In this document: in pieces, positions 1-9,514 of the stretch | How positions within the stretch are numbered: the first letter of the stretch is position 1 | Layout: every line of letters begins with the position of its first letter | NCBI GenBank assembly: GCA_934254925.1 | Contig: CAKQMD010000004.1 | Location: 18,664-82,663 of the forward strand | DNA length: 64,000 nt | Direction: 5' to 3' | DNA from: an uncultured Alphaproteobacteria bacterium | GTDB taxonomy: Bacteria > Pseudomonadota > Alphaproteobacteria > RF32 > CAG-239 | Program-made: the position numbers and the translations under genes | The notes under the pieces: model-generated | Databases searched by the model: none | What the model was told of the DNA's origin: nothing | The model's input: the letters and a program-made list of their open reading frames with translations, nothing else

Positions 1-441
1 ATGGGAAAACTGTTGTCCTCCCTGGGGCAGGAATTTAAAATTGTTGCAGAATGCCGCGGAATCCGTTTTCGCTTTGTCAATTGTTCCTGTCGGATTGTCA
101 GCGATCCGGTGCTGGTTGAGCGGATTTTGAGGAATTTGCTGAGTAATGCCTTCAAATATACCCGCGACCGGATTTTGCTCGGATGTCGGCGTTTGCGCGG
201 CGGTCGCATTAAGGTCATGGTCTGTGACAACGGAATCGGTATTGCCAAGCAAGATCAGGAAAAAATTTTTGAAGAATTTTTCCAAAGCGAACAAAATTCG
301 GAGCAAAAAAAGCAAGGGGCCGGTTTGGGCTTGGCGATTGTGCGAAAAATTGCCGCGCTTTTGGGGACGGAAATCCGGCTTTCTTCCGCTCCCGGGCACG
401 GCAGCTGTTTTTCTTTTGTCTTGAAAACCTTTGAAAAATAG
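1..441 (+). CDS. Sensor histidine kinase, C-terminal HATPase_c fragment; the 5' end lies outside the window
   Basis: Translation contains the G-box GAGLGLAIVRKIAALLGTEIRL typical of HATPase_c. The ORF runs to the window edge. Confidence 0.7.
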   Translation: MGKLLSSLGQEFKIVAECRGIRFRFVNCSCRIVSDPVLVERILRNLLSNAFKYTRDRILLGCRRLRGGRIKVMVCDNGIGIAKQDQEKIFEEFFQSEQNSEQKKQGAGLGLAIVRKIAALLGTEIRLSSAPGHGSCFSFVLKTFEK

Positions 442-487
442 AATTGATGACTATATTGCCGTCAAGCATTTTCAGAGGAGAAAAAAC

Positions 488-1213
488 ATGACGGAAAAAA
501 CGGAAGAAAAGAAAGAAGCCCTCTATATTGAAGTGACGGAAGGTGGGCCTTATCTTGTGTTTGGCGAGGCGGGGCTGGTTCAGCAGATTATTGTTCCCGA
601 TGCGGAAGGTGCGTCTTGGGAATATCAAACCAATCAAAACTTTAAGGCGGAAAAACCGGTGGAAGGAGAGCCTCTGGCCTTGTGTCGTTGCGGTCATTCC
701 AAACATAAGCCTTATTGTGATGGCAGTCATGAAAAAATAGCCTGGGACGGTCGCGAAACCGCCGGGTTTGAACCTATAGAAGACGGTGCCGAGGCTTTTG
801 AGGGGCCGAACCTAACCTTGTTGGACAATGAAAAATATTGTGCTTATGCCCGTTTTTGCGACGCCAAAGGTCGCGTATGGAATTTGGTTATGGAAGAGAC
901 GCCGGAAAGCGACGCTTTGGCAACGCGCGAAGCCTGCAATTGTCCTTCCGGGCGTTTGATGATCAGACGAAAAAACGGCGAAGTCGTTGAACCGGCGTTG
1001 AAAAAGGAAATCAGCCTGTTGGAAGATCCGGCCTTGGGCTGTAGCGGACCGTTGTGGGTGAAAGGCGGCATTCGCGTGCAGAGTTCAGACGGACGAAGTT
1101 ATCAGCCGCGCAATCGACAGACGTTGTGCCGTTGCGGCAAGTCTTCCAATAAGCCGTTTTGCGACGGTTCGCACGCGTCGGTGAAGTTTCAGGACGGATT
1201 GCCGTTAAAGTAA
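488..1213 (+). CDS. CDGSH-type iron-sulfur domain protein with two CDGSH motifs
   Basis: Two motifs, CRCGHSKHKPYCDGSH and CRCGKSSNKPFCDGSH. ATG at 488 follows GAGGAG at 476-481. Confidence 0.8.
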   Translation: MTEKTEEKKEALYIEVTEGGPYLVFGEAGLVQQIIVPDAEGASWEYQTNQNFKAEKPVEGEPLALCRCGHSKHKPYCDGSHEKIAWDGRETAGFEPIEDGAEAFEGPNLTLLDNEKYCAYARFCDAKGRVWNLVMEETPESDALATREACNCPSGRLMIRRKNGEVVEPALKKEISLLEDPALGCSGPLWVKGGIRVQSSDGRSYQPRNRQTLCRCGKSSNKPFCDGSHASVKFQDGLPLK

Positions 1214-2167
1214 TCCTGCTTTTTTCAGGATAAAAGTTTGCAGCTTTTCGGGATTTTCCCAGGCAATATCTATTTCCAGAACATTGAAACTTTTTTGCAG
1301 TTCTGCAGGGATTTTTACAAAATCTTTGGTTGTCGTGTAAACCGGCGCTTGTAGCTCTGTCGCTTCTTGCAAAATGGCTTCAAGTTCGGCGCGGGTGTAG
1401 AAATGATGATCGGGAAAATCATGGGTTTTGAGCGGATTTAAGCCGCATTGACGCAAAGAATCGTAAAATTTCTGCGGGCGGCCGATGCCGGCAAAGGCGA
1501 TGACTTCGGTCGGTGCTTGCTCGAGGGGCGTTGCTATGACTCGTCCGTGAAAATGCGGCAGCTCAGGAGCCAGAGCGCTCAAATTGCAGTCATCGTTGCC
1601 GATGACGATTATGCCTTGGGCCCGTTTGAGGCCGGCGGCAAGATTTTCCCTCAGAGGTCCGGCCGGAACAGGTCTGCCGTTGCCAAAGCCGAAGCTGCCG
1701 TCAAAAACCAACAGGGAAAGGTCTTTGTAAAGCCCGGGATTTTGGAAGCCGTCGTCCATGATGATGACGTCGGCTCCTTCTTTGACGGCCATTTGCGCCG
1801 CGGCATAACGATCGGGATTAACAATGACCGGTGCCAGGCGTGAAAGCAACAAAGGTTCGTCGCCGACTTCCGCAGCCGTGTGGCGGGCGGGATCGACGCG
1901 AACACCGGTCAGTTTTCCGCCATAACCGCGAGAGACGAAGAAAGGTTTTTTTCCTTTGTCAAGCAGCATGCGGGCCAAAGAAAGCGCCGTCGGCGTTTTG
2001 CCGCTGCCGCCGGCGGTCAGGTTGCCGATGCAGATGACCGGAACGGAAGCATGTTTGGGATGTCGCCATTTCAGGCGCAAGGCCGTAGCCAAAGCGTAAA
2101 GCTTTCCGAGAGGAAGAAGAATGTCAGAGGTTAAATTCTTGTCTTTCCAATATGTTGGTGTGCGCAT
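1205..2167 (-). CDS. lpxK: Tetraacyldisaccharide 4'-kinase
   Basis: P-loop VICIGNLTAGGSGKTP. Start ATG at 2167 gives the expected N-terminal length; it sits 1 nt after the waaA stop. Confidence 0.85.
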   Translation of the reverse strand: MRTPTYWKDKNLTSDILLPLGKLYALATALRLKWRHPKHASVPVICIGNLTAGGSGKTPTALSLARMLLDKGKKPFFVSRGYGGKLTGVRVDPARHTAAEVGDEPLLLSRLAPVIVNPDRYAAAQMAVKEGADVIIMDDGFQNPGLYKDLSLLVFDGSFGFGNGRPVPAGPLRENLAAGLKRAQGIIVIGNDDCNLSALAPELPHFHGRVIATPLEQAPTEVIAFAGIGRPQKFYDSLRQCGLNPLKTHDFPDHHFYTRAELEAILQEATELQAPVYTTTKDFVKIPAELQKSFNVLEIDIAWENPEKLQTFILKKAGLL

Positions 2168-2168
2168 C

Positions 2169-3428
2169 TTAAAGATAACCTTTAACTTTTTCCAAGATCC
2201 CGTCGAGTACTTTTGCTTCGCCGGTAGCCCAATTGTAAGCCAAGCTGCGTTTTGCTTCAAGCAGTTCTTTATGGCTGAGGAGCTGGGAAATCGTTTCTGC
2301 CAGATCGGTGGTTTCGTGGATTTGAATGACGGCATCGGCTTTTTTGGCACGGTTCATGGCGTCGGTAAAGTTATGCATATGCGGGCCGACGATGACGGCC
2401 GCTCGGGATCGAGAGGGCTCAATAAAATTCTGTCCGCCATGGGGAATCAGCGATCCACCGACGAAAACCAGAGGACAAAGGTCATACCAAATGCCGAGTT
2501 CGCCGATGCTGTCGGCAATATAAACGTCCGTTTGCGGTGTAATCGCTTCATTTTGTGAGCGGAGAGCCGTGTTTAGTCCCAAAGTCTTGAGGCTCTCGCC
2601 GATTTCTTTGCCGCGATGAGGGTGGCGCGGAGCGATCAGCGTCAACAGGCCGGGAAATTGTTGTTTCAGATGCGGCAGCATTTTGCCGATGCGGAGTTCT
2701 TCATCGGCATGGGTGGAACTGGCCAGCCATATGGGCCGGTTGCCGATCATGGCTTTGATCTCGTCGCGTTTGACGGGGTCGACCGGAAGCGGCATTCCTG
2801 CGAATTTCAGGTTTCCAAGACACATGGAATCTTTGGCGCCGAGGACGCGCAAGCGATAAGCATCTTCTTCCGATTGGCCGAGGCAAAATGTAAAACAGCC
2901 GAGAAGTTCTTTGCTGATGAAGTCAAATTGTTGCCAACGTTTGAAGGATTTGTTGGAGATTCTGCCATTGACTAAAACCAAGGGGACATTTTTGCGTTTA
3001 ATGCTTGAAAGCATAGCCGGCCAAAAGTCCGATTCAAACCACAAAACAAGATCCGGGTGCCAGTAGCGGATAAAACGGGTGGTGAAAAAAGGATTGTCGC
3101 TGGGCAAATATTGGTGGAAAGCTCGTTCCGGCAAACGTTTGGCCATTAAGTCGGCCGAGGTGACGGTTCCTGAGGTGACCATGACATTGAGGTCAGGATA
3201 GGTTTCCAGCAATTTGTTGATCAGCGGCAGCATGGAGACGGTTTCGCCGACGGAGGCGCCGTGCAGCCATACCAGGCGGCCATCGGGGCGTTTGCGCTGC
3301 GGCCGGCCGAGGCGTTCATTGAACCTTTTGACGTCTTCTTTGCCGTTTTCTTTGCGCTTGTTGATGTATCTTTTGATCACCAGCGGATAAAGAACGCTGA
3401 TAAGGGTGTTGTAGATGCGAATGAACAT
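2169..3428 (-). CDS. waaA: 3-deoxy-D-manno-octulosonic acid (Kdo) transferase
   Basis: WLHGASVGE motif near the N-terminus, 419 aa, in operon with lpxK. Confidence 0.9.
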   Translation of the reverse strand: MFIRIYNTLISVLYPLVIKRYINKRKENGKEDVKRFNERLGRPQRKRPDGRLVWLHGASVGETVSMLPLINKLLETYPDLNVMVTSGTVTSADLMAKRLPERAFHQYLPSDNPFFTTRFIRYWHPDLVLWFESDFWPAMLSSIKRKNVPLVLVNGRISNKSFKRWQQFDFISKELLGCFTFCLGQSEEDAYRLRVLGAKDSMCLGNLKFAGMPLPVDPVKRDEIKAMIGNRPIWLASSTHADEELRIGKMLPHLKQQFPGLLTLIAPRHPHRGKEIGESLKTLGLNTALRSQNEAITPQTDVYIADSIGELGIWYDLCPLVFVGGSLIPHGGQNFIEPSRSRAAVIVGPHMHNFTDAMNRAKKADAVIQIHETTDLAETISQLLSHKELLEAKRSLAYNWATGEAKVLDGILEKVKGYL

Positions 3429-3437
3429 GAAACCTCC

Positions 3438-4175
3438 TTATCTTTTGCGGCGACGGGAGTTGGGATCGGGCATGACCGGCGTCAGGCCGAGTTCTTTATC
3501 TGCCGCAATGGTGATGTCGTTGAGAATTTTTTCAATTCTGAGGCGCTGTTGTTCCAACTCGTCATTGTTGAGGCCGGACGGAACATAAAAAGGGCCGGAA
3601 ATGGTGAAAATACCTTTTGAAAAAGGCAGCGGAACCATCATTTTGTCCCAGGCTTTTTCGATGATTTTGCAGTTTTGGGTACTGTAGGTCATGGCAAAAA
3701 TCGGCTTGCCGGTTTTTTGTGCAAAATAGATCGGCGACATGCTCATGATCATTCTTGGTCCGCGCGGGCCGTCGGGAATGATGGCGATGGAGGTTTCATC
3801 GGCCAGAGCTCGGCGAAGGCCGAAGGCCGCGGCAGAGGCGTTTTCGTTTGTGGAACCGTTGATAATTTTCATGCCGAAGATCCGCAGCATGGTGGCGATC
3901 ATGCGGCCGTCCTGATGGCTGGAGACCAAAGCGCTCAACGGATGTTTGGCACGCCAGAACAACGGCAGCATGAGGGCGCGGCCGTGCCAACCGACCAGGA
4001 TGATGCTTTCATTTTTCTCCCAAAAACGGTAGATTTCGTCAACGCCGTTGACTTTCCATTTGGTCGTGATTCCCGTAAAACGGGCGTAAAGATAAATCAG
4101 ACAGCTGATCAGGAAAATGACCGGACGAGATTTTAGAATGAATTTGGACAGGCGTTTGAAGAAGACTTTTATCAT
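3438..4175 (-). CDS. Lysophospholipid acyltransferase-like (DUF374) protein associated with the Kdo2-lipid A operon
   Basis: 245 aa. N-terminal TM segment and an IIPDGPRGPR segment; this family commonly sits between waaA and lpxK in alphaproteobacteria. Confidence 0.55.
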   Translation of the reverse strand: MIKVFFKRLSKFILKSRPVIFLISCLIYLYARFTGITTKWKVNGVDEIYRFWEKNESIILVGWHGRALMLPLFWRAKHPLSALVSSHQDGRMIATMLRIFGMKIINGSTNENASAAAFGLRRALADETSIAIIPDGPRGPRMIMSMSPIYFAQKTGKPIFAMTYSTQNCKIIEKAWDKMMVPLPFSKGIFTISGPFYVPSGLNNDELEQQRLRIEKILNDITIAADKELGLTPVMPDPNSRRRKR

Positions 4176-4182
4176 TTTGCGT

Positions 4183-4455
4183 TTATGAACGTTTGGTTTT
4201 CGTATCGGTTATGGAGATGCCGATGGTCTCGTTTTCGGTAATGACGACTTCGCCGTGGCCGATTAGGACGTCATTGGCATAGATGTCAACGTAATCATTA
4301 ATGTCGCGATCCAGTTCGACAACGGCGCCGCGGCCGAGTTTTAAAAGTTGGTGAACCCGCAAGTCGGCCGTGCCGAGAGTGACCGAAATCTCGACTTTAA
4401 TATCTTCATTGGCAAGAATCTCTTTTTTGGAAGCAGCCATCAAAATCATCTCCAT
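4183..4455 (-). CDS. fliN: FliN-like flagellar motor switch / SpoA-domain protein, 90 aa
   Basis: Strong match to the FliN C-terminal SpoA pattern: ...LGTADLRVHQLLKLGRGAVVELDRDINDYVDIYANDVLIGHGEVVITENETIGISITDT. Lies 8 nt upstream of the acyltransferase gene. Confidence 0.7.
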   Translation of the reverse strand: MEMILMAASKKEILANEDIKVEISVTLGTADLRVHQLLKLGRGAVVELDRDINDYVDIYANDVLIGHGEVVITENETIGISITDTKTKRS

Positions 4456-4599
4456 TTTTTGTTTTAGCTTTAATATATATGATAATTTTATTTATGCAAA
4501 TTCTATTTGGCAACTTATCAAACAATAAATTTACTTTGTGGATTAAAAAATTTTAAATTGCCGAGGACGGAGAATTGTGCCAAAAAAGTGGTGGGCTCT

Positions 4600-4629
4600 C
4601 TTGCAGTTTGCAAGTTGCTTTCTTATATA
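4600..4629 (+). promoter_or_regulatory. Candidate RpoH (sigma-32) heat-shock promoter for lon
   Basis: CTTG-N18-CTTATAT fits the alphaproteobacterial RpoH consensus CTTG-N17/18-CYTATNT. Ends about 40 nt upstream of the lon ATG. Confidence 0.35.
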
Positions 4630-4670
4630 AAGAGCAGGCGTAATCATTATGAAATGGAATCAGAAAAGAC

Positions 4671-7028
4671 ATGGTTGTTAGAAAAGAAACTTATCCGGTA
4701 TTGCCGTTAAGAGACATTGTCGTTTATCCCAAAATGATCGTTCCTTTGTTTGTGGGGCGCGAAAAGTCCATCACGGCGCTGCAAAAAGTGGTTGACGAAG
4801 ACAAAAACATTGTTTTGCTGACGCAAAAAGATGCAAAGATTGAAGATCCGGGCGCGGATGACGTTTATCACATCGGAACAATCGGCACGGTTTTGCAGCT
4901 GTTGCGCCTTCCTGACGGAACGGTTAAGGTTTTGATCGAGGGGCTGGAGAGAGTTCAGATTGACAAGTTTATTAAAAACGAAGAATACATGGAAGTTAAC
5001 GCGGTTATTTTGCCAGAGGCGGAAGACTATGATCCCGAACTGACGGCTTTGGAAAGGGCGGTGTTGTCGCAGTTTGAGGAATATGTCAAACTTTCAAGAA
5101 AGACGCCGCCGGAAGCGATTATTGCGGTTAATCAGATTGCCGATCCGGGAAAACTGGCCGATACGATCGCCTCTCATCTGAATTTGAAGATTGCAGACAA
5201 ACAGGCTTTGCTGGAGGCTGTCAGCCTGAGGGAGCGTTTTGAAAAGATCCTTGGCTTTATGGAAGCCGAAATCGCTTTGATGGAGGTTGAAAATAAGATT
5301 AAAACCCGCGTTAAAAAGCAAATGGAAAAAAGCCAGAAGGAATATTATCTCAACGAGCAGATGAAGGCAATCCAAAAAGAGCTCGGAGACGGGGAGGAAG
5401 ACAGCGAAATCGCCGAATACACCCGTAAGATCGAAACGACCAAGCTTTCTAAGGAAGCCAGGGAAAAAGCCTGGGGCGAGCTTAAAAAACTTCGCTCTAT
5501 GAGCGCAATGTCTGCCGAGGCCACTGTGGTGCGCAATTATCTGGACTGGCTGTTGGACATCCCCTGGAAAAAACGCTCAAAGGTCAACAAAGACCTGGCC
5601 AAAGCCATGGCGGTTTTGGAAAAAGATCATTATGGTTTGGAAGAAGTCAAAGAACGGATTATCGAATATTTGGCGGTTCAGGCTCGTGCGGACAAGGTTA
5701 AGGGTCCGATTTTGTGTTTGGTCGGTCCTCCGGGTGTGGGTAAAACCTCACTCGGCAAATCCATCGCCCGTGCTACCGGCCGCAGCTTTGTCAGAGCCTC
5801 TCTCGGAGGAATGCGCGATGAGGCGGAAATCCGCGGTCATCGGCGGACTTATATCGGTTCCATGCCGGGAAAAATCATCAAAGGCATGAAAAAGGCGGCA
5901 ACGTCTAATCCTCTGTTTTTGTTGGATGAGATTGACAAATTGGGTAATGATTATCGCGGAGATCCGAGTTCGGCTTTGCTGGAGGTTTTGGATCCGGAGC
6001 AGAACTCTTCGTTTAATGATCATTATTTGGAAGTTGATTATGATTTGTCTGACGTGATGTTCGTGACGACGGCCAATTCTTTGGATATGCCGCGTCCTTT
6101 GTTGGACCGCATGGAAATTATCCGCTTGTCCGGCTATACGGAAGAGGAAAAAATCCAAATCGCCAAACTGCATCTGATTCCCAAGGCTTTTAAAGAAAGT
6201 GCGGTCAAGACTTCGGAGCTGAAAATTTCCGATGACGCGATCAGGGACATCATTCGCTATTATACGCGGGAGGCCGGTGTGCGCAACCTTGAGCGCGAGA
6301 TATCCAAAATTGCGCGGAAGGCGGTTAAGGAAATTTTGCTCGGTAAGGCCAAAAAAGTGACGGTGACGGCCAAAAATCTCGGAAATTATCTCGGCGTGAT
6401 CAAATATCGCTATGGTGAGGCCGAAGAAAGCGACCATATCGGCGTGACGACCGGATTGGCCTGGACGGAAGTCGGCGGTGACATTTTGTTTATCGAAGCC
6501 GTCGATATGCCCGGAAAAGGCAAGGTGACGGAAACCGGAAAACTCGGCGACGTGATGAAAGAATCCATCGAGACCGCTTATTCGGTCGTGCGAGCTAATG
6601 CCCGGAAATTGGGAATTGATCCCGAGGTTTTTGAAAAGACGGATATTCACGTTCATGTGCCGGAAGGCGCGACGCCGAAGGACGGGCCTTCAGCCGGTAT
6701 TGCCATGTATACCACCTTGGTTTCGGTTTTGACTAAAATTCCGGTGCGCAAGGACGTGGCCATGACCGGGGAAGTGACGTTGCAGGGCAGGGTGCTGCCG
6801 ATCGGCGGTTTGAAGGAAAAACTGCTTTCCGCTTTGCGCGGCGGTATTAAGACCGTGATCATTCCCAAGGACAATGAAAAAGATCTGGTCGAATTGCCCA
6901 AAAGTGTGACCAAAGGGCTGAAGATTATTCCGGTTTCGGAAGTCGGAGAAGTCATTAAGATTGCTTTGAGTCGCGAGGTCACTCCTTTGCCGGAAAATGA
7001 GTGCAAATGTGAAATTGTGAAAGAGTGA
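4671..7028 (+). CDS. lon: ATP-dependent Lon protease
   Basis: 785 aa. N-terminal LPLRDIVVYPKMIVPLFVGREKS, Walker A GPPGVGKTS, C-terminal serine protease domain. Confidence 0.95.
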   Translation: MVVRKETYPVLPLRDIVVYPKMIVPLFVGREKSITALQKVVDEDKNIVLLTQKDAKIEDPGADDVYHIGTIGTVLQLLRLPDGTVKVLIEGLERVQIDKFIKNEEYMEVNAVILPEAEDYDPELTALERAVLSQFEEYVKLSRKTPPEAIIAVNQIADPGKLADTIASHLNLKIADKQALLEAVSLRERFEKILGFMEAEIALMEVENKIKTRVKKQMEKSQKEYYLNEQMKAIQKELGDGEEDSEIAEYTRKIETTKLSKEAREKAWGELKKLRSMSAMSAEATVVRNYLDWLLDIPWKKRSKVNKDLAKAMAVLEKDHYGLEEVKERIIEYLAVQARADKVKGPILCLVGPPGVGKTSLGKSIARATGRSFVRASLGGMRDEAEIRGHRRTYIGSMPGKIIKGMKKAATSNPLFLLDEIDKLGNDYRGDPSSALLEVLDPEQNSSFNDHYLEVDYDLSDVMFVTTANSLDMPRPLLDRMEIIRLSGYTEEEKIQIAKLHLIPKAFKESAVKTSELKISDDAIRDIIRYYTREAGVRNLEREISKIARKAVKEILLGKAKKVTVTAKNLGNYLGVIKYRYGEAEESDHIGVTTGLAWTEVGGDILFIEAVDMPGKGKVTETGKLGDVMKESIETAYSVVRANARKLGIDPEVFEKTDIHVHVPEGATPKDGPSAGIAMYTTLVSVLTKIPVRKDVAMTGEVTLQGRVLPIGGLKEKLLSALRGGIKTVIIPKDNEKDLVELPKSVTKGLKIIPVSEVGEVIKIALSREVTPLPENECKCEIVKE

Positions 7029-7187
7029 CGGTAAAGTTTCCTGATTGGTACTTTGGCAGAAAAACCACCCATCGGGCGGTTTTTCTGTCTATATAGACTG
7101 ATACAATATCATTATTTTTGACAAAATGTTGTTTGATCTTGGGAATTGTGATATACTGAGTATATTAAGATCCAGGAGAGATTTGAG

Positions 7188-9269
7188 ATGAGCAACAGTA
7201 TCAGTTTAACCGCCTCGATGCGATCAAATTTGCTGAGCCTGCAGAATATTGCGGGACAGGTTGATCTTACTCAAAATCGGCTTTCGACCGGATTGAAAGT
7301 TAATTCAGCCATTGACAATCCTTCTTCTTATTATACGGCTGTCTCTTTAAACAACAGAGCTAACGACCTGTCGGCCTTGTTGGATTCCATGGCACAGGGA
7401 ATCCAGACGATTAAAGCGGCGACGGAAGGTTTGGAAGCCGGGGCCAAATTGCTGGAACAAGCCTCGGCCACGGCAACGCAGGCGTTAAGCAGTTCCCGTT
7501 CGGCGAGCAAACCGGCGGAATATTACCTTGAACAAGGTTATACAATCATAACTTCCGACATGGACAGCGCGGACATTGAAGCCTTGATGGTTGACGGCGC
7601 CAAACTGGCCTTGAGTGGGAACGTAAGCTTAGATGCCGGTTTGCTGCTGGCGGCTGACAATGTTACTTTTGACGGTAACGGTTACAGTCTAAGTTATAAC
7701 GGTACGGATGATCTTTTGACCGTTGCTGGCAGTAATGCAACCGTCACTAATATCAAATTAAATTATGAAAATGATGCCGGCGGATCGGCCGTTGAGGTAA
7801 CAGGATCGGCGGATATTTCTTTAATTGAGATCACGGGAGAAGGTGATAAGGTTTATGGTATCCATTGCGGCAAAGGTGGACAAATAAATTTAGACAATAC
7901 CTTTGGCATCTCCGTCAGTGGCCAAGGATCGCATAATCTGGTTAACGGCAATGTGGAGATTTATGACGGGAAAAGCAATACCCAAGCCATTGTCGATCAG
8001 ATCGGGACGGATGCCTTGGCGGCGTTGGCAGCTCATCAATTCTATGCCCCGGGCGTTGCCAAGAACGATGCCTATTTTGGCCAAGGAAAATGGTATCTAC
8101 CTTCCATTGGTGAATTAATGGATCTTTACGGCACGGAAAACGATGCTATGGTAGAAGGGGGTGGTACGTCAGGGGCAATTGGAAACAATGAAGAGAAAGT
8201 TAATGCAGCTTTGCAAGCTTTAAAAAACAAGAATGTTGATACTGTAGTTTTAAAAAATGAAAATTATTGGTCCTCTTCTGAGTATAGCAATAACTATTCA
8301 TGGATATTCAGTATGAGTGATGGTTTTCGGAATGGTAGCCTTAAATCCCCCATAAATCATTCCATTCGGAGTTTTTCATTTTTGGAAAATTGTTTTGATC
8401 CGAGAGAAGACAGTCCGAAAATCGGCGATGTGATGTATTCGGATCTGAGTTACGGTTCGGCCGATGATCATAACGGTAGCAAAACCGCCGTGGGGATTGT
8501 GACCTGGGTTTCGGAAGATGGAAGATCGGCTAAAATCATTAATTTAAAAGACCTGCGTTTCAGTTCTTATGATCAAGCAGAAAACTTTAATCCCGATAAG
8601 CCTTATGATACTTCGGACGGGACGGTGGGGTATACACGTTGGACGATACCTGATGTTTCAAATACTGATATTACAGACCTTCCTAACTACAATAATGTAA
8701 AATTGCTGGAAGCGGCACAATCCGGCGGCAACATTACGGTTAGCAATACTAATCTGGATCTTGATAATAATATCTATCTCTCTGTCGACAAGCAGATGGA
8801 TTCTTATAATGAAATCGTTAAGCAGTATGATTCCCTGATCAAGGACAGCTCCTATAAGGGGATCAACCTATTGCGAGAGCAGAATTTGACTGTAACTTTT
8901 AACGAAAACCATTCGGCACGGCTCTCCGTACAGGGAAAAGACGCTTCGGCCAAAGCTTTGGGTTTGGTGACGACAAGCTGGGAAACGCAAAGTGACGTGG
9001 TGAAATCGATTCAAGAACTGACAGACGCGCTTAATCAGATCCGACAGATGTCATCCGAACTCGGCAACTATTATTCCATTGTCACCACGCGGGAGAACTT
9101 TACGCAAAACCTGATCAATGTTCTCACTGAAGGGGCGGATAAGCTCACGCTTGCCGATATGAACGAGGAATCGGCCAACATGTTAGCCCTGCAAACCAGG
9201 CAGCAGTTGGCGATCAATTCTCTTTCCTTGGCCTCCCAGGCCAGCCAGTCGATCCTCAAGCTGTTTTGA
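7188..9269 (+). CDS. Giant flagellin-like protein: flagellin N- and C-terminal domains flanking a ~450-aa inserted domain
   Basis: N-term TQNRLSTGLKVNSAIDNPSSYYTAVSLNNRAN matches alphaproteobacterial flagellin (TQSRISSGLRVGSASDNAAYW...). C-term TLADMNEESANMLALQTRQQLAINSLSLASQASQSILKLF matches Rhizobium FlaA ([40 protein letters not shown]). The centre holds beta-helix-like repeats and the DUF1566-like motif KWYLPSIGELMDL. Confidence 0.8.
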   Translation: MSNSISLTASMRSNLLSLQNIAGQVDLTQNRLSTGLKVNSAIDNPSSYYTAVSLNNRANDLSALLDSMAQGIQTIKAATEGLEAGAKLLEQASATATQALSSSRSASKPAEYYLEQGYTIITSDMDSADIEALMVDGAKLALSGNVSLDAGLLLAADNVTFDGNGYSLSYNGTDDLLTVAGSNATVTNIKLNYENDAGGSAVEVTGSADISLIEITGEGDKVYGIHCGKGGQINLDNTFGISVSGQGSHNLVNGNVEIYDGKSNTQAIVDQIGTDALAALAAHQFYAPGVAKNDAYFGQGKWYLPSIGELMDLYGTENDAMVEGGGTSGAIGNNEEKVNAALQALKNKNVDTVVLKNENYWSSSEYSNNYSWIFSMSDGFRNGSLKSPINHSIRSFSFLENCFDPREDSPKIGDVMYSDLSYGSADDHNGSKTAVGIVTWVSEDGRSAKIINLKDLRFSSYDQAENFNPDKPYDTSDGTVGYTRWTIPDVSNTDITDLPNYNNVKLLEAAQSGGNITVSNTNLDLDNNIYLSVDKQMDSYNEIVKQYDSLIKDSSYKGINLLREQNLTVTFNENHSARLSVQGKDASAKALGLVTTSWETQSDVVKSIQELTDALNQIRQMSSELGNYYSIVTTRENFTQNLINVLTEGADKLTLADMNEESANMLALQTRQQLAINSLSLASQASQSILKLF

Positions 9270-9514
9270 TTATCTTCAGAATCGCCGGAAACGGATTCAC
9301 GAATCGCTTGTAACTGTGGATTCCAGGGGCTTAGCTGTGAATAAGTGCTTGAAAAAACCTTCCGAAATGAAATATTTTGGGGAAAAATGCGCTTTTTGGG
9401 CTGAAAAACGTTGATTTTATTTGACTTATAGAGAAATTGCAGCTTAAATTTTCTTGTGGAAGGGATTTATCTTTCACATTGGTTTATAACTTATCATTAG
9501 AGGGAGTCCTCACC

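Noticed and set aside
5748-6656. 302-aa ORF on the minus strand inside lon
   Set aside because: It is entirely antisense to the strongly supported Lon CDS and has arginine-rich, low-complexity composition typical of an out-of-frame shadow ORF.
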